Assembly (NCBI GenBank): GCA_002499195.1
Contig: DAKS01000047.1
Location: 1 to 63,638 of the forward strand
Source of the DNA: Euryarchaeota archaeon UBA443
GTDB taxonomy: Archaea; Thermoplasmatota; Poseidoniia; Poseidoniales; Poseidoniaceae
DNA length: 63,638 nucleotides
Direction: 5' to 3'
In this document: one piece after another, positions 28,012 to 38,161 of the stretch
How positions within the stretch are numbered: the first letter of the stretch is position 1
Layout: the number at the start of each line of letters is the position of its first letter
Translations under genes and position numbers: made by a program
Notes under the pieces: generated by a model
What the model was told of the DNA's origin: nothing
The model's input: only the letters and a program-made list of their open reading frames with translations
Databases searched by the model: none

Positions 28012-29814
28012 ATGGGAGGAAGGGTTGTTGCGGTTAGCCTTGTCACCTTCCTTCTTCTTTCCATGCTCTCGGTTTCACCACCAGTGGCAACTCACCTCGA
28101 CATGGAAGAGAAATCTTTCAACACATCCGCAGTGAACATTGTCTTCTCAAATGGACCTGCTGAAGATGAATCCGTTACAGGATTGAAGACCATTGCCTTC
28201 AGCCTAACAGGTACAGGAACCATCGATTCAATCCTTGTTGAAATCGCTGAATTTGGCGGATCCTATTCCACGCTTACCAATCTCACTGGAACTCCTTGGT
28301 TGTTTAATTTCGATTCTACATCCCAAACAAACGGAACCTATACCCTTCGAGCCACAGGATGGGATTCCGCTGTTAGTGATGTCACCATAACCACCACTGA
28401 TGAATTCACTATCGACAATCAAGTCCCTGTAATTACAGCATTTACTGCCCTTTCACCCGATGTTGGGGCCGGTACAACAAGTTCTGATCGTGCTTGGTTC
28501 AATGTAAGCCAAACTGGGACAATAGAATTCAGATATGGAATATCAGATGATGATTTTGACCGTGCTACGTTGCAAAATGTACCAGGACCTGGAACACCAG
28601 CTACCGATGGCCCAACCTCTTTGTCTTACGGCTGGGACTGGAGCACTGGTTCATTTTCAGAAGGTACTTGGAATCCAAGACTCACAGTATTCGACAATTC
28701 GGGTTTGAGTAGTTCTGAAACGATTTTTATCGGTATCGACCGAAGTGGACCTGCGATGAACAGTGTGTTGATTGGTAATGGCAATGCATGGCAATCATCA
28801 AGTTCGGTAAACATCAACGGCATTCTTGATGCTGCCAATGATGGGACAGGAAGTGGTGTTGATTTCGTTGAACTACAAGTTGATGGTGGATCATGGACCT
28901 CTCTATCAAGCAATTCCCACACTCTAGAATTGAGTGAAGGCAACCACAGTATCTCATTACGGGCAACAGATCGTGTTGGAAACATTGGAAACACAATTTC
29001 TGAGACGATTCGCATCGATACATCGATGCCTGAACTTGTTGGCTGGACCGTTGATCCATTAACAACAGATTTGATTGGAACTGCAAACATTTCCTATTCG
29101 ACATATGACCTTCTTTCGGGGATTGATATCAGTGCTGTATCGTTACAATATGGATTTGATAGCAATGGTGTTGGATTAACTCCTGATCTTTCTGGCCAAT
29201 GGCTGGAACTTCCAGGTTCTGGACTCGACCGAGGATTGGCTATGGCCAACTGGGCGACGAAATCACGTCAATACCTCATGCTTCGAGCAACGATTGCAGA
29301 TGAAGCAGGGAACAGTGAAACTACTGAACCTCAGGCATTCCAAGTCATGCCTGGGCTTGATCTCTCGTGGAATGCAACTACAACGGATGTCGACCGATTG
29401 GTAGTCCGACCAGGCGAAACATTTGGCAATGTGACCATTACGGGCGAGTTGAGATCAAATCAAATCTATGCTGGTGCGGTCGTCGTTAGTTTAGAAGCTG
29501 CTCCAGCAGATCGTAGTGCAACTACACAATGGACCGTCATGAACGTTCAAACACTTCCAGCCGGTTCTCTTGGCGATGGTGTTGAAACTATTGAATGGTC
29601 CTACACGGTTCCAAACAGTGGCCAATATGACTTGCGTGTACGAATCGATCCGACCAACGTCATAGATGAAAACAGTGAGATCAACAACGACCACTACATG
29701 GTCGTTACTGGTGCAGATGTATCGAGTCCAGGTCTTGTTCCATCGTTCGCACCGACACTCACCGCATTGATTTGTGTCGGTTTCATTGTCGCATGGCTTC
29801 AACAACGAGATTGA
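28012..29814 (+). CDS. Ig-like/CARDB surface protein with C-terminal anchor
   Basis: Signal peptide, repeated D...P Ig junctions, IDPTNVIDENSEINN, terminal TM. Confidence 0.7.
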   Translation: MGGRVVAVSLVTFLLLSMLSVSPPVATHLDMEEKSFNTSAVNIVFSNGPAEDESVTGLKTIAFSLTGTGTIDSILVEIAEFGGSYSTLTNLTGTPWLFNFDSTSQTNGTYTLRATGWDSAVSDVTITTTDEFTIDNQVPVITAFTALSPDVGAGTTSSDRAWFNVSQTGTIEFRYGISDDDFDRATLQNVPGPGTPATDGPTSLSYGWDWSTGSFSEGTWNPRLTVFDNSGLSSSETIFIGIDRSGPAMNSVLIGNGNAWQSSSSVNINGILDAANDGTGSGVDFVELQVDGGSWTSLSSNSHTLELSEGNHSISLRATDRVGNIGNTISETIRIDTSMPELVGWTVDPLTTDLIGTANISYSTYDLLSGIDISAVSLQYGFDSNGVGLTPDLSGQWLELPGSGLDRGLAMANWATKSRQYLMLRATIADEAGNSETTEPQAFQVMPGLDLSWNATTTDVDRLVVRPGETFGNVTITGELRSNQIYAGAVVVSLEAAPADRSATTQWTVMNVQTLPAGSLGDGVETIEWSYTVPNSGQYDLRVRIDPTNVIDENSEINNDHYMVVTGADVSSPGLVPSFAPTLTALICVGFIVAWLQQRD

Positions 29815-29840
29815 AAAAGAGTGGCGGGTGGCATTGGTAC

Positions 29841-30584
29841 ATGCGACAGGGGTTGCCACGTATTCCAAAGGACCGAATTGCGGTTCTTATTGGCTCGAAA
29901 GGGGCGACTGCGAAAGCGCTTCGTCAAGCATCGGGTGCTCAAGAATTTCACATCGATTCCGAATCCGGTGATGTTGAGGTTGTATGGGGAGAACCTGGTT
30001 CCTACGATCCAATCAAGGCGATGAAATTCCCTGATGTCATCAAAGCCATTGGCCGAGGTATGGCACCAAAGGCAGCCATTCGTTTACTTGATGATGATAA
30101 TTTCTTTGAAATGGTCGATCTGAAAGATTTCGTTGGTAAGCGTTCCCAGCAACAACGACGTATTCGTGCTCGAATCATCGGTAGTCAAGGAAAGATTAGA
30201 CAATTGATCGAAAGTCTCACCGATGTTGAAATTACAATATACAAGTCAACTGTTGTTTTGGTTGGAGATGCTGATGGTCTTGCCTTGGCTCGTCAAGCAG
30301 TGGAGATGATTGCGGGTGGTTCCGAGCATGGTAGTGTTCTTTCCTTCCTTGAACGAAGTCGTAAGCGAATGAAAATCGATAACCGTTCTCTCGAATATAT
30401 CGAAACACGTCAAGATGAGGGACGAATCGACGGATTTGATGGACTTGTACCAGGACTTGCAGACGTTTCTGAACGAAGAGGAAGACGCCTACGTGCAAGT
30501 CAAATCGATCCAAAGGACGATGAAGCCGTAGCAGCAATGATGGAAATGGCTGATGATGAATCAATAACATGGGAAGAGGAGTGA
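29841..30584 (+). CDS. KH-domain ribosome biogenesis protein (Dim2/Pno1)
   Basis: RIAVLIGSKG, KAIGRG, ARIIGSQGK, GSEHGSV. Confidence 0.88.
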   Translation: MRQGLPRIPKDRIAVLIGSKGATAKALRQASGAQEFHIDSESGDVEVVWGEPGSYDPIKAMKFPDVIKAIGRGMAPKAAIRLLDDDNFFEMVDLKDFVGKRSQQQRRIRARIIGSQGKIRQLIESLTDVEITIYKSTVVLVGDADGLALARQAVEMIAGGSEHGSVLSFLERSRKRMKIDNRSLEYIETRQDEGRIDGFDGLVPGLADVSERRGRRLRASQIDPKDDEAVAAMMEMADDESITWEEE

Positions 30585-30585
30585 T

Positions 30586-31584
30586 TCACTCTTCCTCTTC
30601 TCGTTTTACAATATGAGAGAGGTCCATCTCAAGAACATCATACATTGCATCTGCAAGTTCAACCTCAATTCCGTTTTTGTTAGCCCATTCAACGAGACGA
30701 GTCACATCTCGAACGAGAAACTCCTTAGCCTTGGGGTGATGTTGAATCACACCTTGACCAACATCGATAACGATAGGAGCATTCCCATGCCAGAGAATAT
30801 TGAACGGTGAGAAATCACCGTGCACCAAATCGGCTTTTTGCCATGCAACAGCTAGAAATTCTAGCATCTCATCATAGACCGCTTGAGGATGTTCGATGCG
30901 AACATCTCGTAATTTCGGAGATGGTTGTGATTCCGTTCCAAGATAATCCATTACCAAGACATTCTTCTGAATGGCTAGGGGCTGAGGTACGGGAAGTCCC
31001 CATCGGTGAAGGCGCATGAGGTTACGATGCTCTTTGCGAACCCAAATGTCGACTAGATCTCGATGACGTCTTCTAAGTCCTCCAAATCGGGGATCGCCCT
31101 CAATATATTGCATCAAATTCTTGAAAACTGCATTCGAGGTATGAAAAATTTTGACCGCTACACTTCTTCCCTCTGGGTCTGTTCCATGGAAAACGTGAGC
31201 TTCTTTTCCGCGAGCGACTGGAAAGTCAAGCGTATCCAAAACACCCGCATTCATCAATTTGTAAAGGGACATGAGTGTTAATCGATCAAAGACCTGATCA
31301 AAGACTCGTCGGTCGACCCAATCGTAGGTTCCTCTCCCCATAGCACCTTGGATTCGGTTCTCGATTTTCTGGAACATTCGTTTGTTCTTATCATCTTTCA
31401 TCCAATTGTATTTACTGTCTTTCTTTGCAAGGCCGGACACAAATTTCGAAGTATGTTGCTCATCGTAATCATCGTCAGCCTGCTCTTCTTTGGAACGTTG
31501 ACGTCTGTTACGCTTACGACGTGTTTGTTTTCTCTGACGGGTGCGCTCAGTTAATTCATCCCAGTCATCACCAGAACGCGCCAT
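30586..31584 (-). CDS. rio1: RIO1 atypical serine/threonine kinase
   Basis: GKEAHVF, AVKIF, KEHRNL, VHGDFSPFNIL, IDVGQ; start set at MARSG with GTGAGG SD. Confidence 0.92.
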   Translation of the reverse strand: MARSGDDWDELTERTRQRKQTRRKRNRRQRSKEEQADDDYDEQHTSKFVSGLAKKDSKYNWMKDDKNKRMFQKIENRIQGAMGRGTYDWVDRRVFDQVFDRLTLMSLYKLMNAGVLDTLDFPVARGKEAHVFHGTDPEGRSVAVKIFHTSNAVFKNLMQYIEGDPRFGGLRRRHRDLVDIWVRKEHRNLMRLHRWGLPVPQPLAIQKNVLVMDYLGTESQPSPKLRDVRIEHPQAVYDEMLEFLAVAWQKADLVHGDFSPFNILWHGNAPIVIDVGQGVIQHHPKAKEFLVRDVTRLVEWANKNGIEVELADAMYDVLEMDLSHIVKREEEE

Positions 31585-31638
31585 GTGAATGCCCCTCACG
31601 CTTTAATTTGTGTTCGATGAACTTCAACCCTTTGCCAC

Positions 31639-32298
31639 TCAAGCGAACAAAGCATCGATATCATCGTCATCATCGTCATCATCATCGAGTGGTTCAGGCT
31701 CTGGCATCTCTTCAACAACGGGTTTTTCTTCAACTGCTTCTTCCACATCATCTGAGCCAAACATATCGTCAACATCATCATCGTCATCATCTGAGCCAAA
31801 CATATCGTCAACATCTGCATCTTCTTCCTCAGCTTCTTCCTCAGGTACATCGGAGGACCCGAACAGATCATCACCAACATCACCATCATCATCGGTGCGT
31901 AAATTCATGCCAAACATGTCAACTACTTCTGGAAGAACCTTCTTTCGAGAGAGGTACATTGCTTGAGTCTTCGTATAACGATGCTTTACATCCGCCTTTG
32001 AATCTTGGAAATCCCATGGCCAAACGATGATCAAGTCCCCTTCACGAACCCATTGTCGGCGACGCATTTTACCGGGTATTCTTGCCATTCGTGTTTCACC
32101 GTCTGCACAGAGAACTGTGACACGACGTCCACCGAGAATCTCTTCAGCGAGGGCAAACATTTCGCCTTTGTAACCAAATTCACCCTTCGATTTTCCATCA
32201 TTTGGGAGTTTTACTCGAATTTTTCCTGGTGAACCTTCGGGATTTTCCAAGCGTGCGAGTTCTTCCTCGTCCACTTTTTCCTCACGACGTCGTCCCAT
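31639..32298 (-). CDS. eif1a: Translation initiation factor aIF-1A with long acidic tail
   Basis: LGGRRVTVLCADG..RMARIPGKMRRRQWVREGD..PWDFQ..KADVKHRYT. Confidence 0.92.
   Translation of the reverse strand: MGRRREEKVDEEELARLENPEGSPGKIRVKLPNDGKSKGEFGYKGEMFALAEEILGGRRVTVLCADGETRMARIPGKMRRRQWVREGDLIIVWPWDFQDSKADVKHRYTKTQAMYLSRKKVLPEVVDMFGMNLRTDDDGDVGDDLFGSSDVPEEEAEEEDADVDDMFGSDDDDDDVDDMFGSDDVEEAVEEKPVVEEMPEPEPLDDDDDDDDDIDALFA
31746..31815. repeat. Perfect 31-bp direct repeat, two copies 39 bp apart, encoding DVDDMFGSDD
   Basis: catcatctgagccaaacatatcgtcaacatc at 31746-31776 and 31785-31815. Confidence 0.9.
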
Positions 32299-32350
32299 AG
32301 GGTCTCACCATGTGCTTCGAGAGGCCAACCCTTCTTGAAGTCGCCCCTCA

Positions 32351-34036
32351 TCATCGAAGTGATTCAGCAGCATCTCGACATAACTCGATTAGTTCGCCAC
32401 CGACCAATCCAAATGCGACGGTTCCAATCGCACAAAGAGCGATTGCAATTCGAATCGATGCGCCCGATGCAAGAGGGCCTTTGCGTCCTTCTTCGGGCTC
32501 ATGGAAGTACATAACAACTCCAACACGGAGATAGTAGAACATCGAAATGGCACTGTTGATGACCATTAACAAAGCGAGCCACCAGACCCAGTGAGCATCG
32601 CCGATCGAAGAAAGAGAACCTGTTCCAGTAGCAACCTCAACGATTCCCATGATAACCAACAACTTGGAGAGGAATCCAGCCATTGGCGGTACACCAGCGA
32701 GTGATATCATGAATAAGAACATAGCAATAGCAAGAAGTGGTTCTCGCTTACCGAGTCCAGCGAGTGAGGAAAGTCTGGATGCACCACCTTCCATTTCGAG
32801 CACACCAAGGATGAGGAATGCTCCAAGTTTGAAGAAAACAAGAACGAACATGTGGAAGATTAGAGCAGCGACAACAACATCCATTGCATCACCTGCATTA
32901 TCAACAAGCCCCCAATTCCAAGCACCTATTGCTGTCAAAGCCGCTAGCATATATCCTGCATGAGCAACAGATGAGTAGGCTAGCATCCGCTTTGGATTGT
33001 CGCTACCAAGTGCGGCAATGTTACCCCAAGTCATTGTGACCGCTGCTAGAACACCGAGAAGGCCTATCCAAATCGCTGACCCCTCAGCATCCATCTCTGG
33101 AATGGTTATGAGTAGGAGTACACGCATCAAACCGAGCATACCCATAGCCTTACTTGCAGTTGCGAGAACACCTGCTACAGGGCTGTTTGCACCTGAATAA
33201 GCATCAGGTGCAGCGAAGTGGAACGGAGCTGCACTGATCTTGAAAGCAAATCCTACGAGAACAAATCCAAGTGCCATCATGCTGAGTGATGTGGCTCCAT
33301 CAGCAGCCCACTTTGCAGCGAGCACATCAAACTGAAGAGAACCTGCCCAAAGGTAGAGCATACTCAAACCGTAAAGACCGACTGCTGAAGCAACCGAACC
33401 GACGATGAAGTACTTGGCACCACCTTCTGAACCTGCTCGGGTTTCCTTATGGAAGGCGACGAGGACATAGGTGGAGAAAGAGGCAAGTTCCAATCCTACA
33501 AACAAGACAAACATATCCTGAGCGAGAGCTACAACGCTCATTCCAAGTGCTGATGTGAGCATCAGGATATAGAAATCAGCTTGCCGACGATTGTTGAAGA
33601 GAACGTCGATATCATCGCTCTTCTGCGAACCTGTTGGAAGACGATCTAGTGATGCGATTGCTGCTAAGAGCAATGCTGCAAAGAAGATGGCTTCGAAAAT
33701 TCGAGAGAACATGTTGACCTTGAATATCTCAATTCCATTCTCACTCGAGATGACTTTTCCATCAGCTGCACTTGCATCGAGGAGATAGCAAATGACTTGG
33801 AACAATGCAACGGCCATCGTAAGGACTGCCAAAAGACCCGGTAGGCGTGGAGAGGCGACTGCCTTGTAACGTGTTCCACCGAAGAACCATGGCAATCGAA
33901 TCGATGTACCTGGAATACGGAACGTGCCGTTCCCAAGGTTCGGAACGATCATGATGAGTAACAATCCAACAAACAAGGTGAGTTCGGGGGCTAGCGCCTC
34001 AAACATGTCAGAATTAAATCCATTTTGTGCCGACAT
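32351..34036 (-). CDS. nuoN: Complex I-like subunit N
   Basis: FVGLEL, EGGAKYF, FKISAAPFH..APDAY, KRMLAYSS; GGAGGTG SD before ATG 34036. Confidence 0.93.
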   Translation of the reverse strand: MSAQNGFNSDMFEALAPELTLFVGLLLIMIVPNLGNGTFRIPGTSIRLPWFFGGTRYKAVASPRLPGLLAVLTMAVALFQVICYLLDASAADGKVISSENGIEIFKVNMFSRIFEAIFFAALLLAAIASLDRLPTGSQKSDDIDVLFNNRRQADFYILMLTSALGMSVVALAQDMFVLFVGLELASFSTYVLVAFHKETRAGSEGGAKYFIVGSVASAVGLYGLSMLYLWAGSLQFDVLAAKWAADGATSLSMMALGFVLVGFAFKISAAPFHFAAPDAYSGANSPVAGVLATASKAMGMLGLMRVLLLITIPEMDAEGSAIWIGLLGVLAAVTMTWGNIAALGSDNPKRMLAYSSVAHAGYMLAALTAIGAWNWGLVDNAGDAMDVVVAALIFHMFVLVFFKLGAFLILGVLEMEGGASRLSSLAGLGKREPLLAIAMFLFMISLAGVPPMAGFLSKLLVIMGIVEVATGTGSLSSIGDAHWVWWLALLMVINSAISMFYYLRVGVVMYFHEPEEGRKGPLASGASIRIAIALCAIGTVAFGLVGGELIELCRDAAESLR

Positions 34037-34037
34037 A

Positions 34038-35600
34038 TCAGGCACCTCCTAGTCCAAGGAACGCCATAGCGCTTCTAGTCCACATATCCATCATGTCTAG
34101 GAAAATCCATGGCATGATACCGAAGAGAACGGTGAATGCTGCAAGCAAGAGCATTGCAATCTTTTCTGAATTGTCAATATCGGGTACAGGGTCACCATGC
34201 AGACTTTCAGGCGGTTGTGTCGCTTCTCCACCTTCGAAGATGGTTCGTTGCATAGACCAGAGGTAGTACGCTGCTGTGATAGCAAGTACAAGACCTGGGA
34301 AGATAATCCACCAACCATATGCATGCCAGTAAGCAACCATAAGCATCAATTCAGCGACGAATCCTGCAAGTAGCGGAAGACCGAGTGAGGCCATCCACCC
34401 GAACATCATGCTTGTTGCAAGCCATGGAGAATGTTTTGCCATACCTCGCATCGCACCAATCTCCATACTGTGGTAGTGATGTTTGAATGCACCACAAACT
34501 GCGAAGAGCATCGGGCTAATGATACCGTGAGCGAACATCATGAAGAGTGCAGCTGCCCATCCAAGTGGCTGCATGCTAGCAATGCCCAGTAGGATGACGC
34601 CCATGTGTGAAACAGAGGAATATGCAACCATTTTCTTGAGGTTGGTCTGTCCAAGACAAACGATTGCTCCCCATACTAATGAAACCAGACCGATCATCAT
34701 GACGATGAATCGGAATTCTTCCAGTGCATGTGGGAACAAGGAAATTGGTAGACGGAACATACCGTATGCACCCATCTTCAACATCACACCAGCCAACATC
34801 ATGGAACCACCTGTTGGCGCCTGAACGTGCGCATCGGGAAGCCACGTATGGAACGGTGCTGCTGGGAGTTTGACAAGGAAACCGAGCATCAGCATGATGA
34901 AGAGAACCTTCTGAACTTCAAGCCCAAGCCACACTCCGTTTGCATTTGCACCGCTTGCCTGTACAACCATTTCTTGCATGTTGAAGGTTTGCGTGTCCAT
35001 CAAGAAGTACATCGTCAACAGACCAAGGAGCATAACTACTGAAGCGGTAAAAGTGTAGATGAAAAACTTCTGAGCAGCATACTTTCTGTCTTTTCCACCC
35101 CACTTGAGGATCATAAAGAACATCGGAATAAGGGTCAATTCCCAGAAGACATAGAACATGAACATGTCAAGAGCGACGAAGACACCGATCAGTGCACCAC
35201 CAAGCATGAGCATGAGTGGGAAGTAGGTTGCACCAGATTTCTCATTCCATGTTGCAATGATTGTGATTGGCATCAAGAGGGTTGTCAGCCAAACCATAGG
35301 GAAAGATAGTCCGTCAACACCGACTGTCCAGGTGATTCCGAGTTGTTCAATCCAAACATAGGATTCTTGGAATTCAAAGGTATTGAATGCAATATTGCTC
35401 CATCCAACATCTCCAATCTGTCCTAAGAACATCAAGGTTGTAAGCATGAACATTGCAAGCGAAATGATGAGTGCTGCCATTCGTACTGGAGCATCGAACT
35501 TCGCACGTGCAAATCCATTGAGACGAGAGGTCAGAATCAACAAGAAGATGCTTGCAAGAATTGGTAGAACGACCAGTAACGAGAGGTAATCAATATTCAA
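34038..35600 (-). CDS. nuoM: Complex I-like subunit M
   Basis: FYVFWE, VKLP..PFHTWLPDAH, LKMG.YG, KKMVAYSSVSH. Confidence 0.95.
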   Translation of the reverse strand: MNIDYLSLLVVLPILASIFLLILTSRLNGFARAKFDAPVRMAALIISLAMFMLTTLMFLGQIGDVGWSNIAFNTFEFQESYVWIEQLGITWTVGVDGLSFPMVWLTTLLMPITIIATWNEKSGATYFPLMLMLGGALIGVFVALDMFMFYVFWELTLIPMFFMILKWGGKDRKYAAQKFFIYTFTASVVMLLGLLTMYFLMDTQTFNMQEMVVQASGANANGVWLGLEVQKVLFIMLMLGFLVKLPAAPFHTWLPDAHVQAPTGGSMMLAGVMLKMGAYGMFRLPISLFPHALEEFRFIVMMIGLVSLVWGAIVCLGQTNLKKMVAYSSVSHMGVILLGIASMQPLGWAAALFMMFAHGIISPMLFAVCGAFKHHYHSMEIGAMRGMAKHSPWLATSMMFGWMASLGLPLLAGFVAELMLMVAYWHAYGWWIIFPGLVLAITAAYYLWSMQRTIFEGGEATQPPESLHGDPVPDIDNSEKIAMLLLAAFTVLFGIMPWIFLDMMDMWTRSAMAFLGLGGA

Positions 35601-37849
35601 ACCATCACCCCCAAGAGCAAGTAGATGACAAGGACACCTAAGGCCGCCATCATGATGTAATCACGAGCAGATCCTGTCGTTAATCGACGGACCTGTGTTG
35701 AAAGTTTCTGAGAGGTTGACTCGATCGTCTTGATGGTCCCATCGACGACTTTGCGGTCAAATGCAGCACTGACGTTGGCAAAGCCAGCAACAAGTTTGAG
35801 CATGGCTGCATCGTACCACTTGTCAAAGTACAATCGTTCCTTCAGAGCATTGGAAAGTCCTGAGTTGGCCCACGCACTGTTATCGAATCCACGCTTTGCA
35901 TTGACTCGAGAAGAGAGGTTGATGATCGGTTGCATCCATGGCTTGGCTTTCTCCCCATCTTTGAGTGAACCACCGTAAAGGGCCATTGCAAGACCAGGCC
36001 CGACGATCGCACCGATAAAGATGGCAACATAAGTCAAGACGAAGAAGAATGCATCTGAGTTAGCAAAGACGTGTTCAAACTCGTAGATGAGGCCCTTGAG
36101 AAGTCCTTTCTCGCCAAAGAAGGCATAACCGCCATTCGGCTCACCAGCCCAATGGGTGAACATCATTCCAGCGAGAATGACACTCGATAGTGAAACGAAG
36201 GTGAGTGTTACCAGAGGAATAGGAATCCATGGTGTATTTTCGTGAACATTGGCTGCAACTTCGGTCTTTGGCTTGCCTGCGAACGTCTTAAGCCACATTC
36301 GTGACATGTAAAATCCAGTCATAGCTGCACCGATGAGGACACAGGCTGCTGGAAGGAAGAAGCGTGGATCTTCAAGAGCGACACGCCATGCATTGGCGAT
36401 GATGCCTTCCTTCGACCAGAATCCTCCAATAAGTGGCAATCCCATAATCGAGGCTGAACCGACCAGCATAGCAGTAGCTGTAATTGGCATCTTCGAGGCA
36501 AGACCGCCCATGTTCTCCATCGATTGTGCATCGAAATGATCGTCATCGTGGTCATCGTGATGATCGTCACCATGGTCGTCATGATGGTGCATATCGTGAT
36601 GCGCATGATGCATTTCATGAATCACAGAACCACTTGCCATGAACAACATTCCCTTTGCCATCGCGTGATTGAAGAGATGGAATAGTGCTGCACCGAAAGC
36701 GACAACAACAATCGCATGTGCTTTGTCATCGGTATGCCAGTCGAGAGAGTTTGCCAACCAGAGGGCCGCACCAAGACCGGTGAAGATGTAGGCGAGTTGA
36801 CTCATAGTCGAATAAGCGAGAACTTTCTTCAAATCGTCTTGAACAAAGGCAATAGCAGCAGCCATGACCGCGGTAATACCGCCAATAGCAGCAATAATGA
36901 AGGCGAGATCGACCAACTCACCATGCATGCCTGGTGCACCAAAGAATGGGAACATTCGAGCGACGAGGTAGAGTCCTGCGTTGACCATTGTTGCAGCGTG
37001 GATGAGGGCAGAAACAGGTGTTGGCCCCTCCATTGCATCGGGTAGCCAAACGTGAAGTGGGAATTGTGCAGACTTGCCAACAGCACCGATGAACATCATT
37101 CCCAATGCAAGTTGTAGTTGGCCTGGATCGACTTGTGCAATCAAATCCTCATTGAAGACCACTGCATAATCGAGTGAATCAAAGAGATTCCAAAGCATGA
37201 CCAAACCAATGACGAGGAAAACGTCACCAACACGTGTGGTCAAAAACGCCTTCTTTGCTGCATAGGCAGCACTTGGCTTCTCGTAGTAGAATCCGATGAG
37301 AAGATAGGAACAGAGACCCATCAATTCCCAGAAGATAAACAACCAAAGGAAGGAATCAGCGAGAACCATTCCAAGCATACCTGAACAGAAGAGAACAAAT
37401 TCAGCGTAAAAGCGATGGTTCCGATTGTCATTGATTGGATCTGTGTTCATGTATCCAATACTGAAGATATTGATGAGCATACAAAGGAAGGATGCAACAA
37501 AGAGAAGCATTACTGTGACGTGATCGATGTAAATACCAACGCCGAAGACCTTCTCGTTGATGGTCATTCCATCTGCACTCATCCATCCAAATGAGAGCCA
37601 ATCACCGATGTGGTGGGAGCCAGTTCCTGTGCCTATGAATTCGGCAATTAGTAACATTGAGAGGACAAAACTTGCCACCATAATCGGTAAAGCGATGAGA
37701 CCTCCTTCTTTCGCAGACTTAACCCACTTTTGGTTGCCATTGAAAATGTGCCCAAGGAAAAGGATGATTGGGAATGCAAGCATCGGTAAGAGAACGATGA
37801 AAATCGCATACTCGATGAATGTTGAACTGATTGTTTCTGTACCGGCCAT
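35597..37849 (-). CDS. nuoL: Complex I-like subunit L
   Basis: FWELMGLCSY, GKSAQFPLHVWLPDAMEGPTP, KKVLAYST. Confidence 0.95.
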   Translation of the reverse strand: MAGTETISSTFIEYAIFIVLLPMLAFPIILFLGHIFNGNQKWVKSAKEGGLIALPIMVASFVLSMLLIAEFIGTGTGSHHIGDWLSFGWMSADGMTINEKVFGVGIYIDHVTVMLLFVASFLCMLINIFSIGYMNTDPINDNRNHRFYAEFVLFCSGMLGMVLADSFLWLFIFWELMGLCSYLLIGFYYEKPSAAYAAKKAFLTTRVGDVFLVIGLVMLWNLFDSLDYAVVFNEDLIAQVDPGQLQLALGMMFIGAVGKSAQFPLHVWLPDAMEGPTPVSALIHAATMVNAGLYLVARMFPFFGAPGMHGELVDLAFIIAAIGGITAVMAAAIAFVQDDLKKVLAYSTMSQLAYIFTGLGAALWLANSLDWHTDDKAHAIVVVAFGAALFHLFNHAMAKGMLFMASGSVIHEMHHAHHDMHHHDDHGDDHHDDHDDDHFDAQSMENMGGLASKMPITATAMLVGSASIMGLPLIGGFWSKEGIIANAWRVALEDPRFFLPAACVLIGAAMTGFYMSRMWLKTFAGKPKTEVAANVHENTPWIPIPLVTLTFVSLSSVILAGMMFTHWAGEPNGGYAFFGEKGLLKGLIYEFEHVFANSDAFFFVLTYVAIFIGAIVGPGLAMALYGGSLKDGEKAKPWMQPIINLSSRVNAKRGFDNSAWANSGLSNALKERLYFDKWYDAAMLKLVAGFANVSAAFDRKVVDGTIKTIESTSQKLSTQVRRLTTGSARDYIMMAALGVLVIYLLLGVMV

Positions 37850-37858
37850 TCTATCGCC

Positions 37859-38161
37859 TCAGTGTTTCAAGAGATTCACATCATCGAGTGAAATCGTTTC
37901 GTGTTGGCCGTACATGGCTAAGAATATGGCTAGACCAATCGCAACTTCTGAGGCTGCGATGGCAATAGCAAAGATTGCGTAAACCCAACCGGTTGCATCT
38001 CCGTGCTGGATAGCTGCTGCAACAAATTGAAGATTTGCAGCATTGAGAATCAATTCAAGACACATCAAGACGATGATGGCATTCTTACGAGTAAATGCAC
38101 CCCAAACACCAATGATAAACAGAATAACGGAAAGAACACTTACCCATGCTGGATCTATCAT
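37859..38161 (-). CDS. nuoK: Complex I-like subunit K
   Basis: RKN.I..LMCLELILNAAN, AASEVAIGLAI. Confidence 0.93.
   Translation of the reverse strand: MIDPAWVSVLSVILFIIGVWGAFTRKNAIIVLMCLELILNAANLQFVAAAIQHGDATGWVYAIFAIAIAASEVAIGLAIFLAMYGQHETISLDDVNLLKH

Noticed and set aside
31596-31966. Met-rich and Ser-rich ORFs overlapping aIF-1A
   Set aside because: Alternate-frame and antisense shadows of the acidic low-complexity tail
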